Assembly: GCF_009914755.1 (NCBI RefSeq)
Contig: NC_060930.1
Length of the DNA: 64,000 nt
Source: the human T2T-CHM13v2.0 reference genome, Homo sapiens
Direction: 5' to 3' (one strand)
The translations under genes and the position numbers were made by a program. The notes below the pieces were generated by a model. The model was not told the origin of the DNA and did no database searches. It saw nothing but the letters and a program-made list of their open reading frames with translations. Shown one piece after another: positions 49,908-61,699 of this stretch. The stretch's first letter is position 1. Every line of letters starts with the position of its first letter.

Positions 49908-50907
49908 TTGTTAAAATTATCAAAAGAACAAGCAGACAGACTTCCCCTGCACGGCTTCTCCACCTGGAATGCGCACACAGGACACTGGGCCTGGCCCAAA
50001 GGCAGATTCCGACTCAGTAGGTGTGGGGTTGGGGAATCTGATGGTGGGTTTTGAACAAGCTCCCCTGCTCCAAGATCACGCTTGGAGTAGCAAGACTTTA
50101 GTGACTGTAACTCAGCAGGGCACTGTTATCCTGGCCACCACCCTGGGGTGGGTTTGTTGTCACACTCATTCTACAGAGGAGAAATCAAAGGTCCTGGCTC
50201 TGGCCTCGCCTTGTCGACCCTTGGGTCCTCGGGACCAGGATCCTTCCCTGGAGAGGGGCCCAGAATTCCCAGGGCCAGGGCTGAGGCCAGTCCCTCTGGC
50301 TTTGATTCCACCCAAGCTGCACTGACTTGGAGCATACACAGGAAAAGGAATGGGGGCTACTTTGTCGATTTGTTTGAGGCTCCATTTGCTCATCCATTTA
50401 TTCAAAAATTACTCATTGAGCATCTGTGGCACCTAACACATCCCAGACACTGCAAACAGCACAGTACACATGAGGCATAAACAGGTCCCTGCCCTTTGGG
50501 GCTCCTATGTAGCCTGGCCTGCTGCCTAATTGAATTCCCACTAAGCCTCATGGAACTGTGGTCATCAGCTGATGCTCTGTGTCTTGTGTGACTGGAGCCC
50601 CCTACCTCACAGGTAACCGTAAGGGGTGAGCAGGAATCTTCTGCTCATTTCTGTTGTGCATAAATTCTAATTATGTCCCGGACACCACAGATTCCCTTTC
50701 CCAGGTGTTGTGCAAACATTCCAAGGCACGTGGCAGGGCCTTCTCGGACATTTGTGTGGCCCCCTTCTTCACCTGCCCAGCCATCACTCCCCTTGTAAAC
50801 CCAGCGTGGACCTGAGCCCATGCGCTCCACATCAGGAGGCCCAGGGGCTGCGTTCATGGCCCAGGCTTCCTGTGGGCATAGCCCAAGCCCCCTCCCCCTA
50901 TCCCCTG

Positions 50908-51635
50908 CCCTGGAGTGGAGGTCATCCCTGGAGTGGAGGGAGGCCATGCCTGGAGTGGAGGTCATGCCTGGAGTGGTGGGAGGTCATGCCTGGAGTGGAG
51001 AGAGGTCATCCCTGGAGTGGAGGTCATCCCTGGAGCAGAGGACATCCCTGGAGTGGAGGGAGATCATCCCTGGAGTGGAAGTCATCCCTGGAGTGGAGGT
51101 CATCCCTGGAGCAGAGGACATCCCTGGAGTGGAGGGAGATCATCCCTGGAGTGGAAGTCATCCCTGGAGTGGAGTGGAGGTCATCCCTAGAGTGGAGGGA
51201 GGTCATCCCTGGAGTGGAGGTCATGCCTGGAGTGGAGTGGAGGTCATCCCTAGAGTGGAGGGAGGTCATCCCTAGAGTGGAGGGAGGTCATCCCTGGAGT
51301 GGAGGTCATGCCTGGAGTGGAGGAAGGTCACCCCTGGAGTGGAGGAAGGTCATCCCTGGAGTGGAGGTCATGCCTGGAGTGGAGGGAGGTCACCCCTGGA
51401 GTGGAGGTCATCCCTGGAGTGGAGGGAGGTCATCTCTGGAGTGGAGGGAGGTAATCCCTGGAGTGGAGGTCATGCCTGGAGTGGAGGGAGGTCATCCCTG
51501 GAGTGGAGGGAGGTCATCCCTGGAGTGGAGGTCATGCCTGGAGTGGAGGGAGGTCATCCCTGGAGTGGAGGTCATCCCTGGAGTGGAGGGAGGACATCCC
51601 TGGAGTGGAGGTCATGCCTGGAGTGAAGGTCATGC
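50908..51635 (+). repeat. 18/22-bp VNTR (CCCTGGAGTGGAG[GGAG]GTCAT)n
   Basis: Directly visible, ~35 units. Confidence 0.96.
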
Positions 51636-52310
51636 TTGAGCAGGTGGATGTGTGTCACTTCATCCTCTTGCACTGAGCTGCCTGGACACCCAATTCATCC
51701 TCCCTATCCCAAGAGCCCCTTATTTCCTGGGTCATGCCTGTTTCCCTGCTGGACTGGAAGTGCCGGTGTTTCAGACACTGAATGTCTCCCTCACTTCCCC
51801 TCTTTGCCTCTCAGCCCCTACATTCACCTGCCCTCCATTTGGGGAGTTTGGTTTCCAGATTGTGGAGACTTTGATCTGGCCCAGCTTGCCTTCCTCCTGT
51901 TCTGCATGGGCCATTTGGATGACTAGCTTGGGCTGCCTTTTCCACCTGCTGAGACCTTTTGCCCCTTCATCACACACATTGACCTTGCCTCCAAGACTGC
52001 CACAGATGCGAGTTTGCTGGCTGTCCCCTCTGTGGCACTGGTCACTGACGGGAATGCTCATGGCCAGGACTGCGCACAGAGCTCACGGTCCTTCTCATGC
52101 CATTCTCAAATCGCTGTCCTCTGTCTGCCTTCCCTCCTCCCTACGTTATCAGCACCGCAGGCATCTGCTCCCTGGACTCAGAGTCTGTCTCTAATCACAG
52201 GGCTCAGAGTGTTCTATCTCTTTTAGGGACTCCCACTGTAACGGGGGATCTTTGGGACTGCACGACCACTTTAGAAACTTCTGGAATAATGGAAGTTTCA
52301 GGAAATGCAT

Positions 52311-52812
52311 CTGCACAGATACTGCATCTTTACAAACTGAAGGTCTGTAGCAAGTCTGCAGGTGCCATTTCTCCAACAACAAGTGCTCACTTCATGGCTC
52401 TGTGTCATGCTTTGTAATTCTTATGCTATTTCACATTTTTTATTATTATTCTGTCTGTGCTGGTGACCTGTGATCAGTGGCCTTCAGTGTTAACTACCTT
52501 AATTGTTTGGGGCCATCAACAATTGCACCCATGTAAGATGGCGAACAAAATCGATGAGGATTGTGTGTGCTCTCACTTCCCCACCGAAGGCCGTTCCATC
52601 TCTCTCCCTCTCTTCCGGCCTCCCTCTTCCCTGAGATGCAACAATATTGAAATTAAGCCAATTAATAACCTACAATGGCCTCTAAGAGTTCAAGTGAAAG
52701 GGAGAGTTTTGATTTCTCACTGCAAATCAAAAGCTAGAACTAATTAAGCTTAGTGAGGAAGGCATATCAAAAGCTGAGACAGGCTGAAAGCTAGGCCTCT
52801 TGCTCCAAGCAG
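52311..52812 (+). mobile_element. Tigger1 5' ~500 bp, opposite orientation to the 3' part
   Basis: CAGATACTGCATCTTTACAAACTGAAGG...AATCAAAAGCTAGAA...AAGCTTAGTGAGGAAGGCAT...GCTAGGCCTCTTG matches the Tigger1 5' region as I recall it. Confidence 0.88.
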
Positions 52813-53341
52813 CGCCCATCCGGCAAGTATCCCCAGATCACCTTGGGGTGCTTAGGAAGCAGATTCAGGCCAGAGAGAAGAGCAAGGGGAGGTGATATAA
52901 AAACCTCTGAGTCAGAAGGGCTGTGACGAGTGTGCCTGGCCCTGGTCCCCAGCCCGTGCTCTTTTCTTCAGCTCAGGCCTCTGCACATTCAATGTGTCCA
53001 GTTGCTTTTCAACCCCCCTGCGTCACTGTGAAAGGAACAGAGCCACACCAGGATTTGCTGTTTCTGACGCAGTCCATGCACAACCTGACAATGGAAATGG
53101 TTCAGGGACAGGAGTTTCTGGGGCAGAAAGGAGCCCTCTCCCTCACCACACCTGTGGTTCAGCTCCAGCCAGAGGTCCATGCCCTGGGGGCTCTGTCTGC
53201 CCCTCCCCACCTCCCTCTTTCCAGTGGCCTCACCTGTCTCCTGCCCATGGATTTAAACATCATGTCTAACGAAGGATTGCCCAGGCTTTAGACTCATCCA
53301 TCTGGCTTCCACTGAAATACGCCCATCGTATGTAAAACTCC
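52802..53341 (+). repeat. Inverted duplication arm B
   Basis: See arm A. Confidence 0.95.
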
Positions 53342-53508
53342 TCCCCGCTCCCCAGGAACAGAGGCCACCCCATCCCAACCTCCCCCAAACCAGCAAGTGT
53401 CCTGATCACTAGGCTCCACAAGGCAAGACCTCTGCGTCACCTCTGATTCTTATCCCTCCCTGGAACTGGGGTCCAATCCATCTGCAAGTCCCAAGAGCGC
53501 AGCCCTGG

Positions 53509-53908
53509 CCCAGGCCCCCTCCGTACCTCCTGCACTCGTGGCCACTACTGCAAACCCAGGGTTCCACCAGGCCCCCTCCGAGCCTCCTGCACCCGCAGCC
53601 ACTACTGCAAACCCAGGGTTCCACCAGGCCCCTCCGAGCCTCCTGCACCCGCGGCCACTACTGCAAACCCAGGGTTCCACCAGGCCCCTCCGAGCCTCCT
53701 GCACCCGCGGCCACTACTGCAAACCCAGGGTTCCACCAGGCCCCCTCCGAGCCTCCTGCCCCCGCGGCCACTACTGCAAACCCAGGGTTCCACCAGGCCC
53801 CTCCGAGCCTCCTGCCCCCGCGGCCACTACTGCAAACCCAGGGTTCCACCAGGCCCCCTCCGAGCCTCCTGCACCCGCAGCCACTACTGCAAACCCAGGG
53901 TTCCACCA
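53509..53908 (+). repeat. 56/57-bp GC-rich VNTR x~7
   Basis: CCACTACTGCAAACCCAGGGTTCCACCAGGCCCCCTCCGAGCCTCCTGCACCCGCGG units. Confidence 0.95.
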
Positions 53909-54977
53909 TCTTCTCCCTCTGGATCCTGGCCATGGGAGTGGTCAGCGGACATCCTCACTCAGGGTCCCCAGGAAGCCACCTAGCCACCTTCTGACCAGCA
54001 CAATCATAATAAAATGGGGACAAGCCTGGGGCCCTCTCCTAGGGAGCTGAGGCCACATCCCACAGAGTGCTCAGAACAGATCCCAGCCTAACAGCAGAGA
54101 GAGGTCAGTGGCTCACTAGTGCCAGGCATCCCAATCCTCCATCCCTGCACCCACCCTCCGAACAGCCCCTCCCCACACAGCAACCACAGGGACATCTGTG
54201 ACGGAGACCCCACTGGAAAAATCCCCCAGGGACCTTCCAGTGCACTTAGTAAGAGCTGACTCTCACAGCTTCCTCCCATAGTCTGGCCCTGCCCCTTCCA
54301 AGCTTCCCCTCCCTCCCAGCTGCCCTTCTGTGCCTCAGATGCCGTCCTTGAGCTCTCTGTCCTTCTCCCATCACATCCTCAGAGGCTGGGTCTTTAGTCA
54401 CCCAGACCCCAGGCCCAAACCCTCCTCCAAGGGTCTTCTCTGACCACTGGCCCCAAAACCCCCACCCTGCATCCCAGTCCCTTTCTGGGTCATTTCACTT
54501 TTTCCTTAGCATCTGTCAGCTGGCTGTCTCTGAGGTCAGCTGGCTGTCTCTGAGGTCAGCTTGCTGACCATTTACCACGCACATCCGGCTTCTTGCCCAC
54601 CAGCATGAGCTCCTCTAGAAGAGAATCTTGGGACCAGCACCCAACCTTCCTCTCTCGGTTGCTCTGCATCCCCCACACAGAGCAGAGTGCAGCACAGAGC
54701 CAGTGATGGACACTGGCTGAGGGCATGAGTCTCTTGGCGGATGGGCCCGCTCTTGGCTGTGAGCCCGGGTGTTGGTGTTTAGCTGAGAGAGATGGAAAGT
54801 AGCCAAGCTGGTCTGACCAGAATCTGACTGGTGCTCACCACATGCCATCAGAGGAGAAGAAACTCTGGTTTTCACACAGAAATGAATGAACTAATATCTT
54901 TGTTCATTTGTTAAGTCAATCATAAACTTACTAAATACCATAAACCCAGGACTCTGCTAGTCAATGATCATGAACTA

Positions 54978-55232
54978 GCTGTGAACATAGCACTCAGCAC
55001 CCTGAGCAGGTGCCGGCTGCAAACGTAGCACACAGAACCCTGAGCAGGCACCGGCTGTGAACGTAGCACACAGCACCCTGAGCAGACGCCGGCTGCGAAC
55101 GTAGCACACAGCACCCAGAGCGGGCGCCGGCTGCGAATGTAGCACACAGCACCCAGAGCAGGTGCTGGCTGTGAACCTAGCACACAGCACCCTGAGCAGG
55201 TGCCGGCTGTGAACGTAGCACACAGCACCCTG
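54978..55232 (+). repeat. 38-bp VNTR x~6.5
   Basis: GCTGTGAACGTAGCACACAGCACCCTGAGCAGGTGCCG units. Confidence 0.93.
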
Positions 55233-56219
55233 CTTTTGTGGAGGGAGAATCCAGTGCAATGATGAGTTTTGAGGCTGCTTCTTACAGAGTTCTTTATCTG
55301 AGACATCAATCTCAAATCTAAGGAACAGAGCTGAGCTCCTACTTTCCGGAATTGAGAAGGACGGCTTCTGCCACCGGAAATCTGTGAGTGTCGCTGGCTC
55401 TGCAGAGCTTTCACTGTCACAGGTTCAGAATCCCCACTCCTGGTGGGCCCCAGAAAGCAGCTGCTCAGCATGGTGGGAGAGAGCAGGGCAGGGGCTCTGA
55501 GGATGGCGGAGGAAGCAGAGGGCCTGGTCCTGTGCTGTGGACACTGAGTTGTTTCACAGGGATGGGCACAGGAGCACAGGTCCAGGCCTCTCTGCATGCT
55601 GGAAGCAGTCGGTGCTCAGAGGAAAGAGAAACATCAGAGGCAGATCCAAGGTACCCAAATGGAGGCTGAGAGGTGGATGCAGGTGGGTACCCCAGACTAC
55701 TGGTGAGTGAGTCCCTGACAGCAAAAAGAGAAGGGGTAGGTCTGGACCTACTTTTCGTATCCACAGGGATTGATGCCATCCACAGGGATAGACGCCATCC
55801 ACAGGGATAAATGCCCGCCAAGTCTGGGCCTTCCGTTCAATGCATCTCCTCTGATCCTCACAAGCAGTGAGCATCATTGGCCGCATTTTACAGAGACTGA
55901 GAATCAAAGAAGCTAAGTAATGTGCTCAGGCCAAGGGCAGCAGAGCCCGCTGGCATCTGCTGGGCCTGCATCAGCTCTGTGCCTGTCCCCAAACATCACT
56001 GGGATACTCGGAGTTCTTGGAAATACTAGTGAAGGTGCCAGGTTGAGGGCCCAGCATGCCACGGAAAACACAGCATGGACCGCGGAGAAACAGGAGGGAT
56101 AGAAGCCCTTTTTCAAATGCATCCCTGAGATCCCCCAGTGCATTCCCTGAGGGTGTCGGGGTCCCTTGATGTGCCCTCCTCCTCCTGAAGCTGGCACAAA
56201 GGCAGGGTGGGAGGGGAAC

Positions 56220-56289
56220 AGCTTTGCAATTAGGATGAGCTGAGCTTTGCAATTAGGATGGACTGAGCTTTGCAATTAGGATGGGCTGA
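56220..56289 (+). repeat. 23-bp tandem repeat x3
   Basis: AGCTTTGCAATTAGGATGRRCTG. Confidence 0.85.
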
Positions 56290-58573
56290 CTGATAGCAAC
56301 ATCCACAGAAGCAGACATCAGTGCCACGAGGGTGGATCAGGCTCTGGGAGAGGATCCAGCTAGAGGTGGAGGAAGCACTTGAGGAAGGAAGTGCAGGGAA
56401 ACCCCCATCTATGAAGTGGCAGGAATCAGAGCTTTAGGTGCAGCGCCCACACACATAGCATTAGCCCCCGTCTGAGGGGAGGTGCTAATCCTGGCTTGGG
56501 ATGGCATTTAGGGCAGAGTGTGAAGGCACCCAAAGGAAGAGTCTTGGAACCCAGACAGGTGCCTGTGGCCCCGCAAGTGCAGATAGTGGGTTGAAAAGCA
56601 GCAGGGACAGGGGAGCGATTCTCAAGATGAGCTCGTCTTTGGGAAGCAGGGGAGCAGCCAGCGCCCTCGGCAAGGACTGAGTTCTCATAAGGCACCGGGC
56701 AGTGTCTCTCCGCCACCTGGGCCTCTCCCGGCTCCCCACCTCCTGTCTCTGAGCCGTGGTCACTCTGTGATGTTGCCTCTTAACAGTGTGGGCTCAGGGG
56801 CCACACACAAGGCCTCAGCTAAACAGGCCACAGAACAAGGAGGAGACCAGGAGGAGAGGGAGGGGAGGAGCAGCTGAAACTGAACAGATGAAGCTGGAGA
56901 CACTGGCCTGGCCATAGAGACAGAAAGGCAGGTGCCCATGCCCCATGGCAACCCGGCTCCAATGCACACAGGTTTCCTGGAGGCAAACCCTGGTGTCAGG
57001 TTCTTTAATTCTGCACGGCTACTGTGCAGTGGAGGACACTGGGGCCACAGTACAATCTTGAGGTCACCTGGGCCCTGGCAGCAACATCTGGGGAGAGACC
57101 AGGAATCCAATCCTGCTCCTCTGACGAAGGGAGTGAGAAACAGGCCTGGCTGGGGGCCAGGGCCTTGCAGGAGCCAGCACAGGTTCTAAAAGGGTCCAGG
57201 CTTAGTGAGGATGCCAAGTTTAAGAGAGAAAATCCAAGGTGGGCTCATGCATGGAGTTGTGGGTGTGCAGAAGCATTGCCCCAGGACCAGGAGATGCTGG
57301 GGCTGGGCTGAAAACCTACGTCCGGCCTTGTCAGGAGGGACCCATGCAGAAGGGGAGGGCTGGGCTTAGGGTGTCCCCATTTCTAGAAGGTTCTTGAATT
57401 GGGAGAATACAGGGAACACAGGGATGGAAGAATAAGCCAGAGTGACGAGAGATTAAGGGCATTTCCCGTGACTGGATCCTGTGCCTGTTGTTAGTAAGGG
57501 AGCAACCTCTTCCTCTTATGAACAAGCCAATACGCTTCTCTCCAGTGTGGGAGCTTGTGTGTCCCAGGGCCCCCAGGGGTGGGGCAGGGGGTGTGCTGTC
57601 ACTCCCATACACAGGGGTCAGTTGAGAGATCCTCTGGGGGTGGCTGCAGCCATCTCTTTTCCATGCAGAACCCGGGCTGGGCGGTCTCTGCTAACACTCA
57701 TAAGGTCTCATCGGCTATTGAACCTGCAGAGCAGCAGCCTCGTTCAGTGAGAAGAAAGGGTTTTCGTCATGTCTTCAACAAGGATCCACTTGCATGCATT
57801 CATGTTGTCTAACTTGATAGAGATTCCTGGTACTTTTATTGTTTACAAATCCTAAAGGCTGTCATCCTATTAGTCATAATATAGAAAAAACCAGGTTCTG
57901 CCACACCAACCAGATCTAGGAATGGGGATGGCTGTTTTAGACACAGTCGGACCTATTTCCTGTCATCATATGTGATTAAGAAGCATGAACATTCATGTCA
58001 CGTTTCAGCAGGATTCTGTCCTCATTTGCTTAACTTCAGGGGTGTTTTCTCTATATTCGTCTTCTGCAGGGAAACATGTTGGTCCTGAGTCACTCTCTGT
58101 GTGGTGTCCTGGGAGGATGCACACATGGCCGTGGCGTTTTCACAAACAGATTCATGTGACTGACATTTGCACAATATTTTTGTAATTAGGCAGGAATTTG
58201 AGCATGGAGACCAAGTTGAGGATGCTCAGCCATCGCCTCTGTGCTCACCACTCACTTGCTGTGTGCATGTGCGTGCCTTATTATTGTGGAATTTATTATT
58301 TAGTCAAAAAGGGCAGAAGAATTTCAGTGATTATAAAATACCCTAGCTAGCATGAGAGATGTAAATATGACTCCCAATATTGAGCAAGCTTAACCTTTTG
58401 CAAAAGGCCATCATGGAAAGAGTTTAGAGTATCTTTCTTTTCAGTGTCATTGTAAGTTAGTGATAAGGCCAAATTTTGCAAGATTCCCTAAAGTGTATGA
58501 CCTCATAAAGAGGCCTCAGGTCCTTCATTTTCTACTCAGTTTTGGACGGTTTTGAAAAGTGCTTGGCAAACTG

Positions 58574-58610
58574 TGTATTACCCAGGGCTCTCCAGAGAAA
58601 CAGAACCAAT

Positions 58611-58659
<49 letters not shown>

Positions 58660-59108
58660 AGAGAGAGAGAAAGAGATCTAGTATGAAGAATCAGATCACG
58701 TAATTAGGGAGGCTGACAAGACCCTAAGATCTGCAGTCAGCAAACTGTTGACCCAGGTTAGCTGGTGGTGTCGTTCTTGTCTGGAGGCTGACAGGCTCAA
58801 TACCCAGGAGGAACCAATACTTTGATTCCAGCCCCAAAGAAGGAAAAAGCCTGATGTCTCAGCTCAAAGGCAATCAGGCAGGAGTTCTCTTATTTGGAGG
58901 AGGGTCAGCCTTTTTGTTCTGTTCAGGCCTTCAGCTGATGGGACAAGGCCCACCCACACTGGGGACGACCATCTGCTCTACTCAGTGTTCCAATTCGAAG
59001 GTTCATCTCATTCAGAGCATCCTCACAGATACCCCAGAAGTAGCATTCAACCAAATATCTGGGCACCCCATGGCCCAGTCAAGTTGACACATAAAATTAA
59101 CCTTCACA
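58574..59108 (-). mobile_element. MLT2-family (ERVL) LTR with internal (TG)n(AG)n
   Basis: TGTATTACCCAGGGCTCTCCAGAGAAACAGAACCAATAG...CAAGTTGACACATAAAATTAACCTTCACA. Confidence 0.85.
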
Positions 59109-60007
59109 TCTTACATGAGCAAAAATTAAAAGCCCCAAAAGAAGAGAAAGCAAATGGATGGCCTCTGTTGAGTGGAGTTTCCCAGTGAGCACAGGTCAGC
59201 CATGAGCCATGCAATGACACTTATTAAGAACACACTCACTCCTCCAGCAACTGCCTTAAAGCTTCAGGGAAGGGAGGGGGGATAAAAAATAAGCCATAGC
59301 AGGAGGGGTTTAAAAGGAACCCATTTAGTTTAAATCTTTGATCCTGAAAGTGCTTCCTATCACATGCATTTTGGTGTGCTTCTAATTTTTGAAGATATGA
59401 AAAATGGAAAAGATGGAAATTTCTCTGATCGTCAAGTATTTTATTTCACTCATTTAGAAGAGCAGTTAGATGCGGAGAGGCTTTTAGGGTAGAATCAATG
59501 TTTGAACAACTAAAACTGCTCAGATTAAATGAAAATATAGGTGTGGATATGTGGATGTTTTTCTGGGGAGAAGGTCTATGGATTTCAGTTATACTACAGG
59601 GAGGCCCATGGCTCTAACTGGATTAAATGTTACTGCCTATAGTTACCTGGAACTTTGGAGTTTATAAAGAACTGCTGCGCTAGAACAAAAGCTCCATGAG
59701 AACATAAATTTTTAGTCTCTTTTCTTCCAGGGCCTAGAACAGTGCCTGGCATTAAGTACCAGCAATGAGTTTTCCCATGACATTCTTATTCTGGTCTTTG
59801 CATCTGCCCTGTACAGTAGATCATTAACAGCAGATAAATCACAGAAGCCCAGGGATTTTGAATACCCTCTGCAAAATGAGCCTGGAAGGCCAGAATCTTG
59901 CTGCCTTTCTCACTGCAAGTCCGGGCTCCACTCCTCAAACCAGGGGCTAAGAACTGCTGGTGCAGGAACCAAGGGTGGAAGAGATGGGCTGTGGGATACG
60001 GACCCCG

Positions 60008-60085
60008 CATGGAGCCATGCACCCTTGTTGCTGTCATTGCCGAGACCCTGCATGGAGCCATGCGCCCTTGTTGCTGTCATGGCCA
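60008..60085 (+). repeat. ~42-bp tandem duplication
   Basis: GCATGGAGCCATGCRCCCTTGTTGCTGTCAT occurs twice. Confidence 0.8.
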
Positions 60086-60659
60086 AGAGTAAAGTTCATT
60101 TCATTGCCTGCTATAAAAGTAGAGATAAAATTTAACAAAATAAGTGAATTCCAAGATTTGCTCATGCATGTTCCAGCTCAGTTGTTTTGCAATGACGGAG
60201 GCAGGTGGGGCTCTGGACCCTGTTTACTATAATAAGTGGGAAGTAAGCTGGATGAGAGAATGTCAGCTGGAGCAGAAGTTGGAAACAGCCTTCTGCTCGT
60301 GGTGTGGGAGTTGACAGCAACAGAGGAATACCAGAATAAGTAGCTGAACTTAGAAAAGAAGTTAAAATTTGGAAACTGCTGTGGTTGTAAGAGAGATGAA
60401 ATTGGAAGCAAAATCTATGAGTCAGTTCCTCATTCAAACATTGCAGGCCATGGGCCCTGAGACAAGAGATTTAGTATGTCTAAACCCTGTTTTATCTGTG
60501 CTGTCCCAGAAGCAGTCCAGAGTCTCTTCCTCAGAATGATGTGCCAAGGTCTTATAGGAAATTATAGAACAACGCAGGTTAATGTGTAAATCAAATAATA
60601 AAATGTTATCTGCCTTTACCAGCCCACATCTCACTTTCATTAGACTTGTCTGTACAAGA

Positions 60660-61335
60660 CACTGAAGACTAAACTCTGATGTTTTATCTTGCCCGAATTC
60701 CTAAGGGGACTGGGGAGTCATGCCCTCTGATGAGTTTTACTTTCCAACCTGACTCTGGCATAACATTATGAGACAAAGAAGAAAATCAAAACATTTTACC
60801 CCAAATCATGTTTCTTTGTCATATTCTGAAATGGCCCTGCAAAGCTGTTCTTTGTGGGGGAAAATTTGCATCTGTAAAGAATCTCTATTAACATAGCTGC
60901 ATATTTTTCTTCCAGACCCTCCCAATTCTAAAGAGATTAACTAAGATCTGAATAGGAAACATTTGTCACCTATTGTCTCTAAGGGCAGTCACTATAAGAC
61001 TTCAAAAGAATTTTGGTCTCCACAATCTTTCTCTTAACCTGAACATTCCCTTTCTATACCAGGTCTTTAGACAAACTCAACCAATTGTCAACCAGAAAAT
61101 GTTTAAATTCACCTGTAGTCTGGAAGCCCTGGCTTTGAGTTGTCCTGCCTTTCTGGACCTATCCAATGTATTTCTTAAATGTATCTGATTGATGTCTCAT
61201 GCCTCTCTAAGATGCACACCGACCACCTTGGGCACATGTTCTCAGGACCTCCTGAGGGCTGTGTCACAGGCCGTGCTCACTCATATTTGGCCCAGGATAA
61301 ATCTCCAAATATTTTACAGAGTTCAACTCAACGAC
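60660..61335 (+). mobile_element. MER4-family (ERV1) LTR
   Basis: TTTATCTTGCCCGAATTCCTAAGGGG...GACCACCTTGGGCACATGTTCTCAGGACCTCCTGAGGGCTGTGTCAC. Confidence 0.8.
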
Positions 61336-61699
61336 TTTCAAAGTGCTTTATAATCATTAGCTCATTCAACTTTATAACACTGTATAAGGCAGAAAAAATA
61401 ATTTTCTTAATAGATTTGTTCCTCTTAAATCATGCAAAATTCCATCCCATATTTCCAGGCTGGGATAAAAATAGTCACCGCTGGGCAATTCCTAAGAGGT
61501 AGAACATATAGTGAAGCCACTTGGGTATATATTCCAACTCCTTTGAGTCCAGAGTGGACTAGAAAAACATGTACCAAAAATATTTTGTCCTTTTATTCTC
61601 GCTTTTTAGAACTATTTCTTCTTTACCCACAAGATAGTGCCTGAAAAATTATCATTCTTCCACAAAGGCCAATCACTAATAGAAAAACCAACAAATAGG

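Noticed and set aside
50710-51639. 309-aa repetitive ORF
   Set aside because: Translation of the 18/22-bp VNTR.
49451-53291. Near-identical 111/122-aa ORF pair as duplicated genes
   Set aside because: GTG starts, no domain similarity, frames diverge at an indel; explained by the inverted duplication.
53509-55232. CRISPR-like appearance of the 57-bp and 38-bp repeats
   Set aside because: Head-to-tail units without unique spacers, no cas genes, and primate DNA.
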